Shown here piece by piece: positions 14,101 to 29,200 of a stretch of 64,000 bases of DNA (the first letter of the stretch is position 1; every line of letters begins with the position of its first letter). The notes below the pieces were generated by a model. That model searched no databases, was not told the DNA's origin, and saw only the letters and a program-made list of their open reading frames with translations. The DNA is from Lytechinus pictus. Lineage: Eukaryota. A program made the translations under genes and the position numbers. The stretch lies in NCBI RefSeq assembly GCF_037042905.1, contig NC_087251.1:22756001-22820000 (forward strand). The letters run 5' to 3'.

Positions 14101-17100
14101 AGTACATTGCATGAAACTATAGATTTATATGTACAGTAGGATTAAAGTCCCCTTCAAGGCACTGGAAGGGGGTGTCTTACATGGCTTTGATAAAGTTTGA
14201 TGTACACTATACAGTGCGTATCAAAAAAAAGTTTACACTTTGAAAAAATCCTGTAAAATTATACATTTGTAATATCCTGAAGATTTTTCCACATTTTAAC
14301 ATTGGTACAGATCCATTTAAGCAAATGACAATATAACTGTCGAAAAATATTTCCGCTTGAGTGAGCACCACTTACTTTTGAAAAGTTAGTGAAAAATGAT
14401 TTGCGCAGAACTTTGAAATATACACAACAAAAAAAGTAAGTCCCCCCTTAAACAAACATCAATAATTTCCGAACCAATGCGAGTCTTTAATATATTTTTA
14501 CATGAGCGTGTAGGTAATTTTATAAGCTACCCTCTGAGTAAACGTTATGAACGTATTTCACTTCATGCTTCAGTGAGCACCGTCAGAAGGCAAAAATGTC
14601 ACTTTTCAAAAGTCACAAGCCAAATATCATGACTTTGATTCCATTTTATTGGAACTAATTCCACATTCTCATCATAAAAAATAGTCAGAAGGCTTGTAAA
14701 AGGTACTCTCTAAAAGACGATACAACTTTTTTGGCTAAATTTCACGGTTGAATAAACACAAGTCCAAATTTGCTATAATTGGATTTTTTACACATTTATA
14801 TCAATAAAAATTATAGAATATGATGACAGTTATTTTTGGAAGAGTTTCTTAAAAAATATTCATCGTTTCACGGTTCAATGAACATTTATTGAAAACAAAA
14901 AATACGATTTTCAAATATCATAGGCAAGTATTGGTTCATTTTGGGAACTGAAAATGATCTTTTCTCAACTTTTTCGTTATGGTCATGACCAATTAACATG
15001 CTTCAATGATTCAAAGGCGTTTAATTAAATATCCACGCTTGAATGAACATGTGGAATGCGATTAGCTCTTTTGTACGTTATTGGAAAAAATGCAATTTGT
15101 TACTATGGATATCTGTCACAAACCTCCTTGCATAGTTCATGTGATTCGATTATTATTCGATAATAAAGTGAATATTGGGGGCAAATTCTGTTTCAAATAA
15201 GACTTTAATTGCCAATGTTTTTATCATACATCATTTCTATCACCACACACTTTCCGAACTTTAAACATTTTCATGGTTGAGCAAGCACATTCGAAAACCT
15301 AGGAATGAATACTCTTTACACTGCATAAATGTATTCTTTTCCTAACAATTTCTCATGATCAGTTTAATTTATGGACAAATCAGTGGTGGGTCCAGAATTT
15401 TAAAATGGGGGAGGGGCCTACATGTATAATAGTGGGAGCCACCAACATTTTCAAATTTTAACATGATCTAACAAGTTGTAGAGGATAATACCATAAACCC
15501 CTATGATGATACGTCACAATACAGGGGCCGGGGAAGGGTTTTCAAAGTGGGGGGGGGGGGGCTGACCATGCCAAAAATCACAATCGTATGGTCATTTTTA
15601 CATTTTTTACATGCTTTTGGAAAAAAGTGGGGGGGGGGGAACTGAAGGTCCCTGCCCAGCCCAGCCCCCCCCCCCCCCCGCGGCCCCTGCAATACATTGT
15701 GCTCACTCAACCATGAACATATGATATCAAAATTGTTTGTGGAGTGGCTAAATGATGGATAGTAAAACAGCATAACACCATAAAATTCACCTAAAGACAA
15801 CATTTGCCCAACTTTGTATTTGCACAATCTGAAAAACGACTCTTGTGACTTTTAAAAATGGTTATTTTTAATTCAATCTTTAATTACTCATGCATGACTC
15901 AACTGATCAATCTTATTTTTCCCCAGGAGTTGCTTAATGAGTGTAGAAAACCACCTACAGAATATCATATCTCAAAATAATTCCGTTCAAAAGTTACAGC
16001 AATTTGATTTAGGGGGGACTTACTTTTTTTGTTGTGTATAGTTATGCGAATAAAAGTAGACCTTAATCATGAAGAACACGTGGAATTTAGCTAGTAAAAT
16101 TGATTTGAAAATATCTTTTACCTTTTTTTACTTGTTTTCTTGCCCAAAACACTTCGAAGAGTGCATTTCGCTCCACCCCACTCCCCCACACACCGAGGCC
16201 ATCGTGACGATATTTGCTTTACACTGAGCTGTGATTACATGGAATGGCTTAAGCTTGATTTTCATTTTGTTAATCATTGCCAAGCTTGGGAATAGTGTGG
16301 AGAAACAAGTATTAAATGAAACATGAAATGTAAACCCACTTTAAATGATAAAAACTTAGTAAAAAAATGCTGCAGATGTCTGATATAAACTTTTGTTCAG
16401 ATTCAGGTATGTCCTCAGATCCAGCTGGCAGGGTATTAAGGTTGTGCTTACTAAGTGTTGAAATTTAAATTTGGGTGGCAAAATTGTTACAAAAGGCTTG
16501 AATGTATCAGTTTTATTTCAATTGACTAAAAGTGCAAGGGAAATGTATGAGAAATGTTTCGCAGGGTAAGTTTGATTTCGCCCTTTCCCCTTGACACAGC
16601 GTAAAAACAAGCATTTCTGCGCAAACAGATTTCTGCGAGCTTTACAAAAATGGACAGTGCTCACTCAAGTGTAACATTCTGACAAAACTTTTACTTTCAT
16701 TGGATACATGAGACCCAATCCCAAGATTATATGTGAAAAAATTACCCACATGTTGTATATTTTTTTATTCCCAGGGCTTTTTCGAAGTGTAAACTTTTTT
16801 TTGATACGCACTGTATATACTGTATGCCTTACACAATATTTGAATCTCATCACTCTACTTGTTAATATATATTTTTTTTGTCACCAAATATGAAATATAA
16901 TGAAATAAGAAATTACATGTATTCTCAGACATACATGTATTGTATTTGATCCTAGGAACACTGCTTCAAACAGTTTTGCTAATGAATTGTTCAAATTACA
17001 TTTTCTGTCATTTGTGAAACAAACATTTTTTCTCATGTGGGTTATAGCAAGGATCAATGGTTTTAATGTGAGCTTGTTGAGCCATAAAACTGTGAAAAGT

Positions 17101-20100
17101 GTCAGGAAAGGTGTCACTATCATGGTTATTTAATTAGGAAGGAAACTGTCCATTGATTTGACATGATCGCTTTCATTCAGATCACACAACTGGCGGTTGC
17201 TTCAACTTCCTTAGTTTCATTCTGTAGACCTTTACTTGCCTATAAGTTGGGAGGGTACAGTGTACAATGTATGCCTAATGAAATAGTGTTTTCAAAGAAG
17301 TCAGCATTTTCTAGTGTAGCCGGAATTCATTTTTATACATTTTGGGAAATATCCAAAAGGTATTAAACATGTATACAATTTGCAGCATTATTGGGCATTC
17401 CCTGTTTTGTACTTTTATTTTGATCTTGGATCCAGAAGTCCCTTTTTTTAATAGATTGTTTGTGATGGTCCCAAGGTGCTAAAGGCTTATATTTTTAAAA
17501 AGACAAAATAATATCTTGAATGCACAGGATCATATTGTACATGTAGGCTCCTAAACAGATTTGAAAGAGTAGTGATTTTGATTGTTTGAATTATACAATG
17601 TTTCATTTTTTGCAGATTTGACCATAGGGACCGACTTGACTGAATCATATAGTGTTAAACAATGCTAATTCCACATGTTCAGGGAGGAATTAATCAGTTT
17701 CACTTGATAATGAGGAGAAAATTAGAATATTTCATATTGCATATAATAAAATACAAAAGAAATAGTGAGTGGATGACGTAATCAGTCTCCTCATTTGCAT
17801 ACCAACCAGGATGTGCATATAACTGTTTTGTGAAATTAAGCGAAAATTTAAAATGTCATAACTTTCTTATTTTACATCCGATTTTGATGAAATTTTCAGT
17901 GTTATGCTTGTTGGATTTATCTATTTTTCTTCAAATCATTTTTTTGTTAGGGTGGACTTGTCCTTTAAGCTTTATGTTTATTTTTGTGTGACGTAGAATT
18001 AGCTGATTATAGTAGAGCGGATTAGCCGAACAATTGTGCAAATTTTGACTAAAGCATGAAACTTTCACAAGTATAAGTATATGCCCTAAGATTTATTTTA
18101 AAGATGGGAGGTAAATTTTAAAATGCCATTTTCGGCCGTTGCCATGGCAACGGATTAATTTCTCAAAAATGACATACATTCCCATGTAAATGCTAAATAA
18201 ACATGATATAGATGACCAAAATGATAATTTTTAAGCTCCCAAATGAATATATATAAAATTTAGAAACATTCAAAATTAACAAGATAGTTCCAATTGGTCC
18301 GTTGCCATGGCAACGACTTGTTTTTCCCCAGAAAAATAAAAAAACTGATTAAAAAAACGTTGTAGAATAGGATTTATCTTTAATTTTCCCGAATTTTACA
18401 GTGTTGAACAATGATATTTTGGTTGATCAATGTATAAACTACATCTCAAGCCGTTGCCATGGCAACCAAATAACATCAATTTACAAAAATTAAATGGTTA
18501 ACAAGACAATGGACAGGTGGAAAATACAACTGGAAATGACTTAATCTGTATGCTTAAGTTTTGACCCCCTCATTTGAACAAAAAATACAGAAAGTGTTCT
18601 GCAGGAATTCTTTATAAAGATGAAACATTATGTTGCCTTGGTAATGCTTGAATTAAATTTAAAAAACAAATGTTCCAAAGATCCCGTTGCCATGGCAACA
18701 GCATATTTCCCTCTAGAAAGGTAAAAATATTGATAAAAATGTAGAATACGATCATCATTCCATTTTCAATATTTTTAAGGAACTAATAAAAATATATGTT
18801 TGTGACTGCATTTATAAATATAACATCTTAAGCCATTGCCATGGCAACCAAATAACATCTAATTTAAAAAAAATCAATGACAGGGATGACAGGGTTATGG
18901 ATAGGTGAAAAATCCAATGAAAATAACTTTTATGCATAAGTTTTGACCTACTCAATTAATTTAGGGGAAACAGTATACAGTGAGTGTTCTTCATGAACTA
19001 ATTAGAATGATAAACATTGATGTTACCTTAGTAACACTTGAATTCAACGATAAATATCAATGTTGCAAATGACCTGTTGCCATAGCAACGGCTCATTTAC
19101 GCAAAAAAGTTCTAGTTTTGATTAGAAAAAGGACTTTGGACTCTGATTTTTCTTTCATTTCCCCTAATTTAATGGTAAGAATTGATATGTTTGCTGTTAA
19201 CATACAAACAATATCTGAAGCCATTGTCATGGCAACCAAATTAATCTAATTTGAAAAAAAAATAACATGGTTGACAACACAATGGACAGGTGGAAAATAC
19301 AATTAGAATTGACTTAATCTGTATGCTTAACTTTTGACCCCCTCATTTGAACAAAAAGTACTTAAAATGTTCTGCAGGAGTTCTTTAAAAAGATATGAAC
19401 TTATGTTGCCTTGGTAACACTTGGATTAAATTCTTTTAAAAATGTTACAAAGGGCTCGTTGCCATGGCAACAGCTTATTTCCCTCTAGAAAGGTAAAAAT
19501 ATTGATAAGAATTTAGAATACAGACATGTATGATCATCTTTCCATTTTCAATAATTTTAAGGTACTAATCGAGATATATATGTGACTAAATTTATAAATA
19601 TAACATCTTAGACCATTGCCATGGCAACCAGATAACATCTAATTAAAAAAACAACATGGATGAGAAGGATATGGACAGGTGAAAAATACAATGAAAATTC
19701 ACTTGATGTGCATCACTGTATGCATCAGGATTGACCTCAATTAATCTAGGGGAAACAATACAATGAGTGTTCTGCATGAACTATTTATCATTCTAAGAAT
19801 GATAAACATTGAAGTTGCCTTGGTAATAATTGAATTCGATAAACATCAACGTTGCAAATGACCTGTTGCCATAGCAACTACTCATTTCCCCAAGAAAAGT
19901 ACCAGTTTTGATCAGAAAATCTGTAGAATCCGATTTTTTCCTTTCATTTCCCCTAATTTTAGGGTAAGAATGGATATGTTTCCTGTTAACATTCAAATTA
20001 TAGCTTAAGCCATTGTCATGGCAACCAAATAACATCTAATTTGAAAAAAATAACATGGTTGACATGATAATGGACAGGTGGAAAATGCAATCCATTAACT

Positions 20101-23100
20101 CAAGGTTTGACCCAGTCAATTAATTTTGAACAAAGATTACAGTGGTTCGCATTAGTTCATTAGAATGATAAAATTTGAGGTTGCCTTGGTAATGCTTGAA
20201 TTTAATGATAAATATCACTGTTACATATAGCCCGTTGCCATGGCAATGACTCCTTTTTTCCCGAATAAAGTACCAAATTTGATCGAAAAACAGTTTAGAA
20301 TCTGCATTTTGTCATAAATTTCCCCTAATTTTAGAGTGCAAAGCATTATGTTTGCTGTTGATATACAAATAACTTATGCCATTGCCATGACAACCAAATT
20401 ACATCTAATTCCAGTGGCTTAATGTGGTTTATATGCAATGGTTTTAAGGGTGAAGTAGTATATTGTGACTAGTTACAAGGACAGCCAGTGGTCTGATGTG
20501 TCCAAGACCCTGAGACAGCTTCCAAAAATGGAGTTTGAAATGGCTGTTGATATATAAATGGACATACAGTATCGCTCGAAATAAAGTTGACACCATTAAC
20601 GGACGTAACGCCGCACCGGCCCGTACTGCGTTTATTTTTTCATTAACGTTCACGCGCGTTATTGCCAGCGCGGAAGGATATCAAACAAAAACCAAAAAAA
20701 AAGTACCTCGTAGACGTACGTCGCATTATTATCGCGATACAATGAACGCGATAATAGCGCAATAAACAGGAAGATTGTCATAATAAGATGAATCGGCGCG
20801 CCGATGTTTTACTAAAACCTCGTGTAAATATCTTGAAATTTACTACCCTCACGGAGATCGAAATCCAGGAAATCCAAGGGTGTCGATTTGGGTTGATTAA
20901 CGGTGCGCTAGTTGACAAGTCAACAAACTCAAGCCGTCTCGGAGGAGGTGACATGGTTTGGCCAGACCTCGGAGATGCCAGAACACTCGTCGTCTCGTGC
21001 CATCATTTGTACCGGTTCACAATATTTATCTCACTCCAAACCATTATTTTACCAATTAAAAACTCTGACAGTATTTGACATTAATACACTACAAAGTTTA
21101 TTGTTCATTTTCAAGTATTTAAATGGGATGCTACCAAATTCATTTCAAAATTTTTATACTTTGAATAAAACCATTCATGATTACCCCACCCGTAATTCCT
21201 CTAATTTACATTTAGTCAATCCAAAACTACGTATTGCCCAGAGATCCGTAAGACATCATGGTCCTGACCTTTGGAATCCTCTCCCAGACTCAATTAAATC
21301 CTCTTGCTCCCTACACTCATTCAAAGCTTAAGTGAAGGTCATGTTACTATCGGAATATGTAAAATAAACTTTCTTGTGTCATAATCGTGATCCAATATTC
21401 CGTTTCCATCATCATTAACATTATTTCCACCACCACCACCGTCACCACTATCATCATCATCATCATCTTCATCATCTTCATTTGTCATTATCATTATTAT
21501 AATTTTTTTTTTTTTTACTTGATTATATATATTATAGCAAGTTTTGGCTTGTTAGATTTTGTTCTTCTCTTTTTTATATTATACTTAATTGATACTTTAA
21601 TAATTTGTTATTGTCCATTCTGCTCATAATATGATTATATGGTTAAAATATGTTTCGGTTTGTCATATTTTTCAAGCATTTTTTTGCTTACTATGGCAAT
21701 CCATCTTCTGCTATTAATTTTATGCTAAATGATTTATACCTGATTTATTGTCAATATATGTTTGTTACATTTATGTTATATTATATTGTTATGTAGAAGA
21801 AAAATAAATTCAAATCAAAATAAAAAATCATGAGAAAGCTCGATCCGTTCTGATTTGGAGTTCAGTTGTTTTCCCCATGATTCATTAATATACTCGTTTT
21901 AACTAGTGTCACTTTTTAAGAATTCTCAATTTTCTTATCTTGTTTCACTCTCTTTAAATGCGTGTAGTTTGTGCAAGCGAGACCAACTCACGGATACATG
22001 GGGGCAAGAACAAAAAAATTCCTGGTCATATCATGGTAACACGAACAGGATTTTTTTATAGTTGTGCTCGGGCATTATTAGCTCAATGCGTGATATTTAA
22101 ACACAAAAAGAGGGGGAACATCATGGTGACTTCTCTTTTATTTCATTTCCTTTTCGCCATTGTCAGAATAATGCTTCTTTTATATTTCTTAGAGAGTTCA
22201 TAACAAAAGGTATATAAAATATATGTTAACTCCTTATAGCATCTCAAAACAATTTTGAAACATGTCCTGATCATTCGTTCATTAAATCTGAGATGTTTGT
22301 GACTTCTATTTTATTTCCTTTTGCCGTTGTCGGAATGTTTCTTTATATTTCTTAGAGAGTTTATAACAAAAGGTATATAAAATACATTTTAACTCCTTAG
22401 CACCTCAAAACAATTTTGAAACATATTCTGGTCATTCGTTCATTAATCTGAGATGTTTGTGAATTCTCTTTTATTTTGTTTCTTATTTGCCGTTCTCGGA
22501 ATAGTGCTTCATTTATCTTTCTTAGAGAGTTCACATCGAAAGGTATATAAAATATATTTTAACTCCGTAGCATCTCAAAACAATTTTGAAACATGTCCTG
22601 ATCATTCGTTCATTAATCTGAGATGTTTGTGACTTCTATTTTATTTCCTTTTGCCGTTTTCATATTTATATATATATTTCTTAGGGGGTGTTGCAAGAAA
22701 ATATTTGCAATTCAATTGCAAATATTCTGTTGCAATTTCACAACTGATTTTTACAACGTTAGCTGTAGCAAATCAGATTAAACTTCTTGTTTCAAGGAGC
22801 AGATTAACAATCAATCACTAATTTGCAATTAATTACAAGACTTATGATTGATTTTGGGACCAAGAATAGACTTGCAATTGATCGCAAGTTTCTTGCAACA
22901 CCCCAATAGAGGGCTCATAAAGAAAGGTATATAAAATATATTTTAACTCCTTGCACCTCAAATCAATTTTGAAACATGTCCTGATCATTCGTTCCTTAAT
23001 CTGAGATGTTTGTGACTTCTCTTTTATTTTACTTTCTGCTAAAGAGTTAAAATATATTTATATACCTTTCGTTATAAATTCTCTAAGAAATATAGAAGAA

Positions 23101-26100
23101 GCATTCATATTCCGTCAACGGCGAAAAGGAAATAAAATAAAAGAGAAGTCACAAACATCTCAGATTAATGAACGAATGATCAGGACATGTTTCAAAATTG
23201 TTTTGAGGTGCTAATAAAGGAATTAAAATATATTTCATATACCTTGATCCTTAAGAACTAAGAAATATAGTCACTGCATAATGAGTGATTTCATGCAACG
23301 GTCTAGAGTGGGCCATAATGTGCCTGCACGTCTATCATGTACTGTGTTATAGAAGCGTTGGTGTATGGTTGAAGTTAATGACCCTATATAGCTACTACGA
23401 CCCGTTGAACCTGACTGGGATCAATATTCGTCAATTACGCCGTCTAGCACGTTTTGAGAACAATGGACGAAGGTGTGAAAATCACAAAGCAGCCAACAAT
23501 AGGAAGAATCCGTTTCAATTGAAGTTATGCTCAGATCTCTTGCGTAGCGGTTTGAATGTGAATTAACCCTGAATGGTCTTTATGATAAAAAAAACATTAC
23601 GCCTATTTTATCTTCAAGACAGTTATGAGAAAAAAAGGATAAATCAATGAAATAATTAATGTATGTGTTTTACTTTTTACAAACGTGTATCGATTGAACA
23701 TCTTATTTGCTGTATTGATGAAGAGTGCCACCCACTGGGCAATTTGTTACCGATTACCAATTTTACCGGTTATTACCGGTAATATCACCCGGAAATTTGA
23801 GTAACACCAAATATTACCGTTATTACCATGTTATTACCGAAATTATAATTCCTGTTGATACCTGTTACTGTTATCACCCTGATGAAACCTACATTTACCT
23901 AGTTACAACAGGGTGATGAGGGGTAATAAGGGTAATGTTGAATGACTTTGATTGGTTATAACATTGCAAACTTTAGTAATAAGAGCAATCTTACAGCAAT
24001 CCCAGCGAAATTTTCAAAGTCCAAAAAATTACTGTTATCACCCTGATGAAACCAACATTTTACCCAGTTACAAACAGGTTGATAAGGGGGTAATGGGTAA
24101 TGTTGAAACGCTTCCATTCCCAGACAGCAACGTATCTGGATCACATACGGTTCTTATCTGGGATATCTGGGTCCCATATGGGCCCACATGGAACCCAGAT
24201 GAAAACATATACTTGAACCCACATGGTGCCCAGATAGGACTCAGATGGAAACGAGACCTCCAACCCATGCGGAACCCATTAATATTGGGTAAATGGAGTA
24301 ATATCAGATGGTAATATCAGGAAAATGCTGGGAATATTAGTTACTCATGAATATTCATTACTACAATAAATGGCCAAAATTTTAGCTAATATAGCTGTAA
24401 TAGTTAATGTGTTTATGTTTATGCAATTATTCCACCCAGAAAATTTTCAGAAAAATGTGTAGTTTATATATCATATTAGTCATAATCATGACATTAATTT
24501 TAGAAAAATGTTTTAGGGTTGAATAATTGTTAACCATAATTTGTCAAGTGTTGTAAACTCGCTCAATATATAGAAGTAAATGACAGGGTTTGGTGGATAG
24601 GTGTAGGATAGGATTAGGATTAGGATGTAGGATTTTAGGATAGGATAAGATGATATGGCTTAGAGTATGGAGTTGTAAAAATGTGCTTCAATGACCCTAA
24701 TGACACTAATTGTTTTTTTAATGAGCCGACATTAATTGGGTAATATTGGGTAAACAGAGTAATATGAGGTGGTGATATCATTAAAATGCTGGAAATAGTA
24801 GTTACATCATACTGAGAAATATTGGGTAAATGGAGTAATATCAGGTCCAGGTAATAAGAGGGAAGGATTGGTCTACTATTTCCCTGTTATTACCCACTGT
24901 TGTTACCGTAGTAATATCCATGTTATTACCTGTTACAACCCGGGTAATGTCAGGTAAAATGCCCAGTGGGCAAGGTCGATGACATGATTTATTGATAATA
25001 CGCCATTTGAGTTCTCAAATAATGGTACAAGATTTTAGAAAAAGAAGTTTTGAGTGTCGTCTCGTTTATATCAAATCTCAGCAAAATTTAAAAAGTTTCT
25101 GAAATGTCATTACTTTGAAAGTATGCACTTCATTAAACTTGCACATCAGGGTGGTCTCCCTTAAAAGGAAAACATTTTGCCCTATCAGGGTGCAACTCCC
25201 CTTGTAAGGAGACAAAGGAGCTGCACCCCTTCCCCATTGTCAGCGGAAATGAAGAAAGTGATTACTCAGAGAAGTCGGAGATGGAGGGGAGAAAGAGCAA
25301 GAGGAAGGTAAGGATCTGTTAAAGAATATTAAAAAATAAAATGAAAGAAACATAAACAGAACGGGGGGGGGGGGGGGGGCGGCGGAAGGAGAGGTTGGCC
25401 AAATAACCAATTATAAAAAACATTTAGGTCACTGTATCAAAAGCAAGTTCAAGTTTATTTATTCAAAATTTAAAAAAAAATCACGTTATAATAAAAAAAA
25501 GGCCTACATGCGATGCAAGTGACTACAGTAAAAGTATAATTTTGTTTAAATGAAATGATATGTATGTACTCTGCCTTCTATCTCTTTTTTCCCCTCTTTA
25601 TTTTCCTGATCACTTCAATCTTTCGTAATTATGATTTATCATTAAATTTATTGTGAACACTTTGATGTAAAGGATTGGTATGTGATAATTTATTAATAAA
25701 ACATAAGTTAAAAAAAATTATAGTATAGACAAATTGGTTAATTAAAGCCCCCCCCCCCCCCCCCCCCGTGGTGCAAATCTAGCTGGTCCAACAGTTGGGT
25801 AATAACAATTTATATTGGCCTGATCAGACCCCCTTCCCCGGGCGGGATATAAAATACGGGAAAAATAACCAGGGGGTATAACATATTATGCAAGCTGATC
25901 TGAGGCCCCATGCACTGTCCACATTTATTATTATTCTAAGGTTGCGTAGAACATGTTTTAATCCTGACAAAATGGCTTTTATTATATTCTATTGTATTTT
26001 ATTTTCACCATTCGTTGTGCCCAATCTCGGCTCCAACTACTCTCTTCCTTTCTATTCGTTTCAACGTTTCCTCTGCCTCTACATCGGGGGACAGGGGTGT

Positions 26101-26198
26101 GCGGCTGAAGGTTCAAAACCAATACCCACTCAGGGTCATTTCGGCTAAAAGGTACCCATTATTAGGGATTTATTAAAATTTGAACCCCCCCCCAAAAA

Positions 26199-26229
<31 letters not shown>

Positions 26230-29200
26230 TGGAGAATATGGGCCCATTTTTAAGGCCAGTATCTAAAACTTAGGGCCATGTTTAGGGAATTTCCAGCATA
26301 AAACCAAACCCCACGTTTAGGGATTTCTTCCAAAAAAAAAAGCGACCCATTCCAGCGGCACATCCCCGTATGCCTTATTTCGTGAGAACACCCCCCCCCC
26401 CCCCGGGCTCTGAAGGTATTCAAAATTTTCTGAACGCTAATATATTTGACTTAATTGCTCGTAATTAATTTCCTCGTAATTTTTATATTATGGCTCGACT
26501 GCATTGATTTTTTATTTGCATTTTGCAGATACCATATTAAGACTCGTGTCTATCTATTAAAATTAGATCCAACTACTGTCTTGGAGAGAAGCGACTACCA
26601 CATAAAGGGCCGCAATCGGTCATGCATTGAAGTTTTATTTATACCGGTATTAGAAATATGTATTTGTTTGCGATTTTGGTATATTTCTCCTAGGGCTGGC
26701 TTCAAATTGTAAATTTTGTGCGTGCCGTGGAATTGTTTAACACAACTTCCAAGTCCGGACGGCTGCACACGCGTTGAGCCCGTTGACTGTAATGTACCGC
26801 CTACCGGTACCGGTAGATCCACCGTCGTCTCGACTGGAGTGAAAGGGTCTAGTCACTTGTCCAACTACAAAGTACAAGAACAAGTTCTGCTTTTGCCTGA
26901 TCTTTGGCAGAGCCTTTCTATTTCTAGGCTCAGGTTGTGGAGTAGGGATTTTCGTTTATTTCGTTCTCTGCTTATTTTATTGTTATTCTTTTACGGGCAT
27001 TTGAACTAATTAGTACTTTCTGGTACTAATGTCTGGCCAGGATTAAACTTGGGGGTAAATCGCGGAATTTTCTGTTTATGGGGGGGGGGGGGGGGTGGGG
27101 TCGAGTACAAAGTCGGACATCAAATTCTTAGCAAACGTGTGGATGCATACGTTATACCGGATGTGGTTTATAAAGATATATAGGTCGATCGATATCTATT
27201 GTTAGGTTAAGAGTAAGGATCAGGACATCATGTAAAGGGTGTACATGCCCGGGGTACATGCTAGCTCGGAAGGACAGGTGTGGAAAAGTAGATCAGCCAA
27301 TTACCTAATTGTGAGAACAAATCCTCTTCTTTTTGACCTTCTTTCAAGCCTATAATTCAATTTTTCTTTAAAATTTTGGAAAATGTAGTCCTACCAAAAA
27401 CCATCATTCTTACAAGTTAAAAAAATCACGTTTCTTGGAGAAAATCCATGCAGCGTGTTTCCTTCCCCTTAAAAATCCCACACTTAGGCAACTTTTAAGA
27501 AGTCACCATGTAATCAAAATAATGTTTGCCTCACTGTAATGGAAACCTTACGATAAAAATAGACATAAGGAGAAAATTTTGTCCATTGACATCGTATGCC
27601 ATTGATTATGTTACCTGGTTATTGTTCATTCGTTCACTATGGGTGGAATCCCGAACCAACTGGAGAGTTGCAGCTCTGTAATTACCGATAGCTTGAAGTA
27701 GAAGTTCGCCTTGGTGACAAACACGCGGTGAAACTGTTCAGTATATAGGACTTACCTTTAATTTTCAAATGGAATCTCAAAAAAAAATAAAAAATGCATA
27801 CATGCCCCCTCCCCACTGCCATGTCATCACCATCGCCATAATCATCATTGACATATAATTATTGTAATCATCAAACTTTTAGGATTATTATCATAATTAT
27901 TATCGGCACCTTCATCACTATCATCACCGTCAACATCATAAAACATTAATTAATCATCACCGAGGGGGCCGAAGCAGGGATATATCCTATGTTCATAGGG
28001 TGCATCAATATTTGTCCCCCACCGCAAAATATTATCTTCTGATCCGCCGCCCATGATCATCACTATTATTGCTATTATCGGGATTATTTCATAATTCTAA
28101 TGATCAATTATTAAGATCATTATTACCATCATCATAATCTCAACATTATTATCATCATCACCATTCTTGTCATTGTCATCATCGTTAGGATTACAATCAC
28201 AATCATCACCATCATGATCACCGTCATTACCTTTCTTTTCGATATCATCATCACGATCATAATACCCATCACTGTCATCACGATCATAATAACCATCACT
28301 GTCATCACGTAAGTTACTCAGAATACTGATTTAAAGACTGCCTAATTCGACGAATTATTCACTCAATTATTGTTTCAAACGTAAGCTTAAGTTATACCTC
28401 TTAGAGAGGTACAATGCTGCATCGTACTGATGAGCTGCAAATAATAATTATTGTAATTGTGTTTTTCTATTCTTTCTTTCAGTATACTCTCTATTAATGA
28501 ATGAACACAAAATTATCATAACGGGGATCATAGTAGGCGGAGAAATAGGAAGAAAAGAGAGAATTATAGGGAGGTAAATTATGTGATATTCCCTCAAAAC
28601 AATTATCATGCTTGAAACAAAATCACTAAATCTATTTTTTAACACTTAAGAGGTCCATATTTTGGTAATTCTTAGCTTACATTCGTGTAATTGCACGCAA
28701 GTTAAATCAATCCATTATAGGGCTCGGGTCTCATTTGAAAAAAAAAACCGGTATAGTGGTAGAATTAATGATAACATCGACGATTATGATAATAATGATA
28801 ATAGAAATAATAGTAGTAGTAATAATAATGATGCAAAAAGCTATGTGACTCTAAATACGGGCCTTGAGATTTGGCTCAGCCAGCAAAGAGTCAACATCAG
28901 GCAGATACTCGGACCCTAGCTAGAGCTGGAGAAGGAAGAAAGAACAAAATGGATAATTATTGGTTGGGTCTGAGCATGTAATAGGTCCATGGTCTGAGGG
29001 ACGATTGTGAGTAATTTATTTCAACGTTAACAATTTAAGTACTTTGCTTGGGACAGCTGCGCTGGCATACAAACTCGTAGTCAGCGTCTATCAACCCATT
29101 TCATTTCGCACGCGCGTACGGCGGAGAACTGAGGCCAGGAACCAAGATTGTTTGCTGGCCTGGCCAGGCATGTGATGCGCGGCCGAGTAGATTCTAGATT

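Larger units (their letters stand above)
14212..16813. mobile_element. Non-autonomous Tc1/mariner-like element (outer layer of a nest)
   Basis: TA|CAGTGCGTATCAAAAAAAAGTTTACACTT...AAGTGTAAACTTTTTTTTGATACGCACTG|TA. Confidence 0.85.

Noticed and set aside
18130..20400. Regularly spaced palindromic repeats as a CRISPR array
   Set aside because: Eukaryotic context; the spacers are 150-235 bp and homologous to each other; no cas genes.
20912..21331. 139-aa ORF as a host gene or the transposase of the 9-kb element
   Set aside because: Most of it is the C-terminal tail of a truncated LINE ORF2 fused by chance to flanking sequence.
28427..28445. CTGATGAG as a hammerhead core
   Set aside because: No stem II followed by GAAA downstream.
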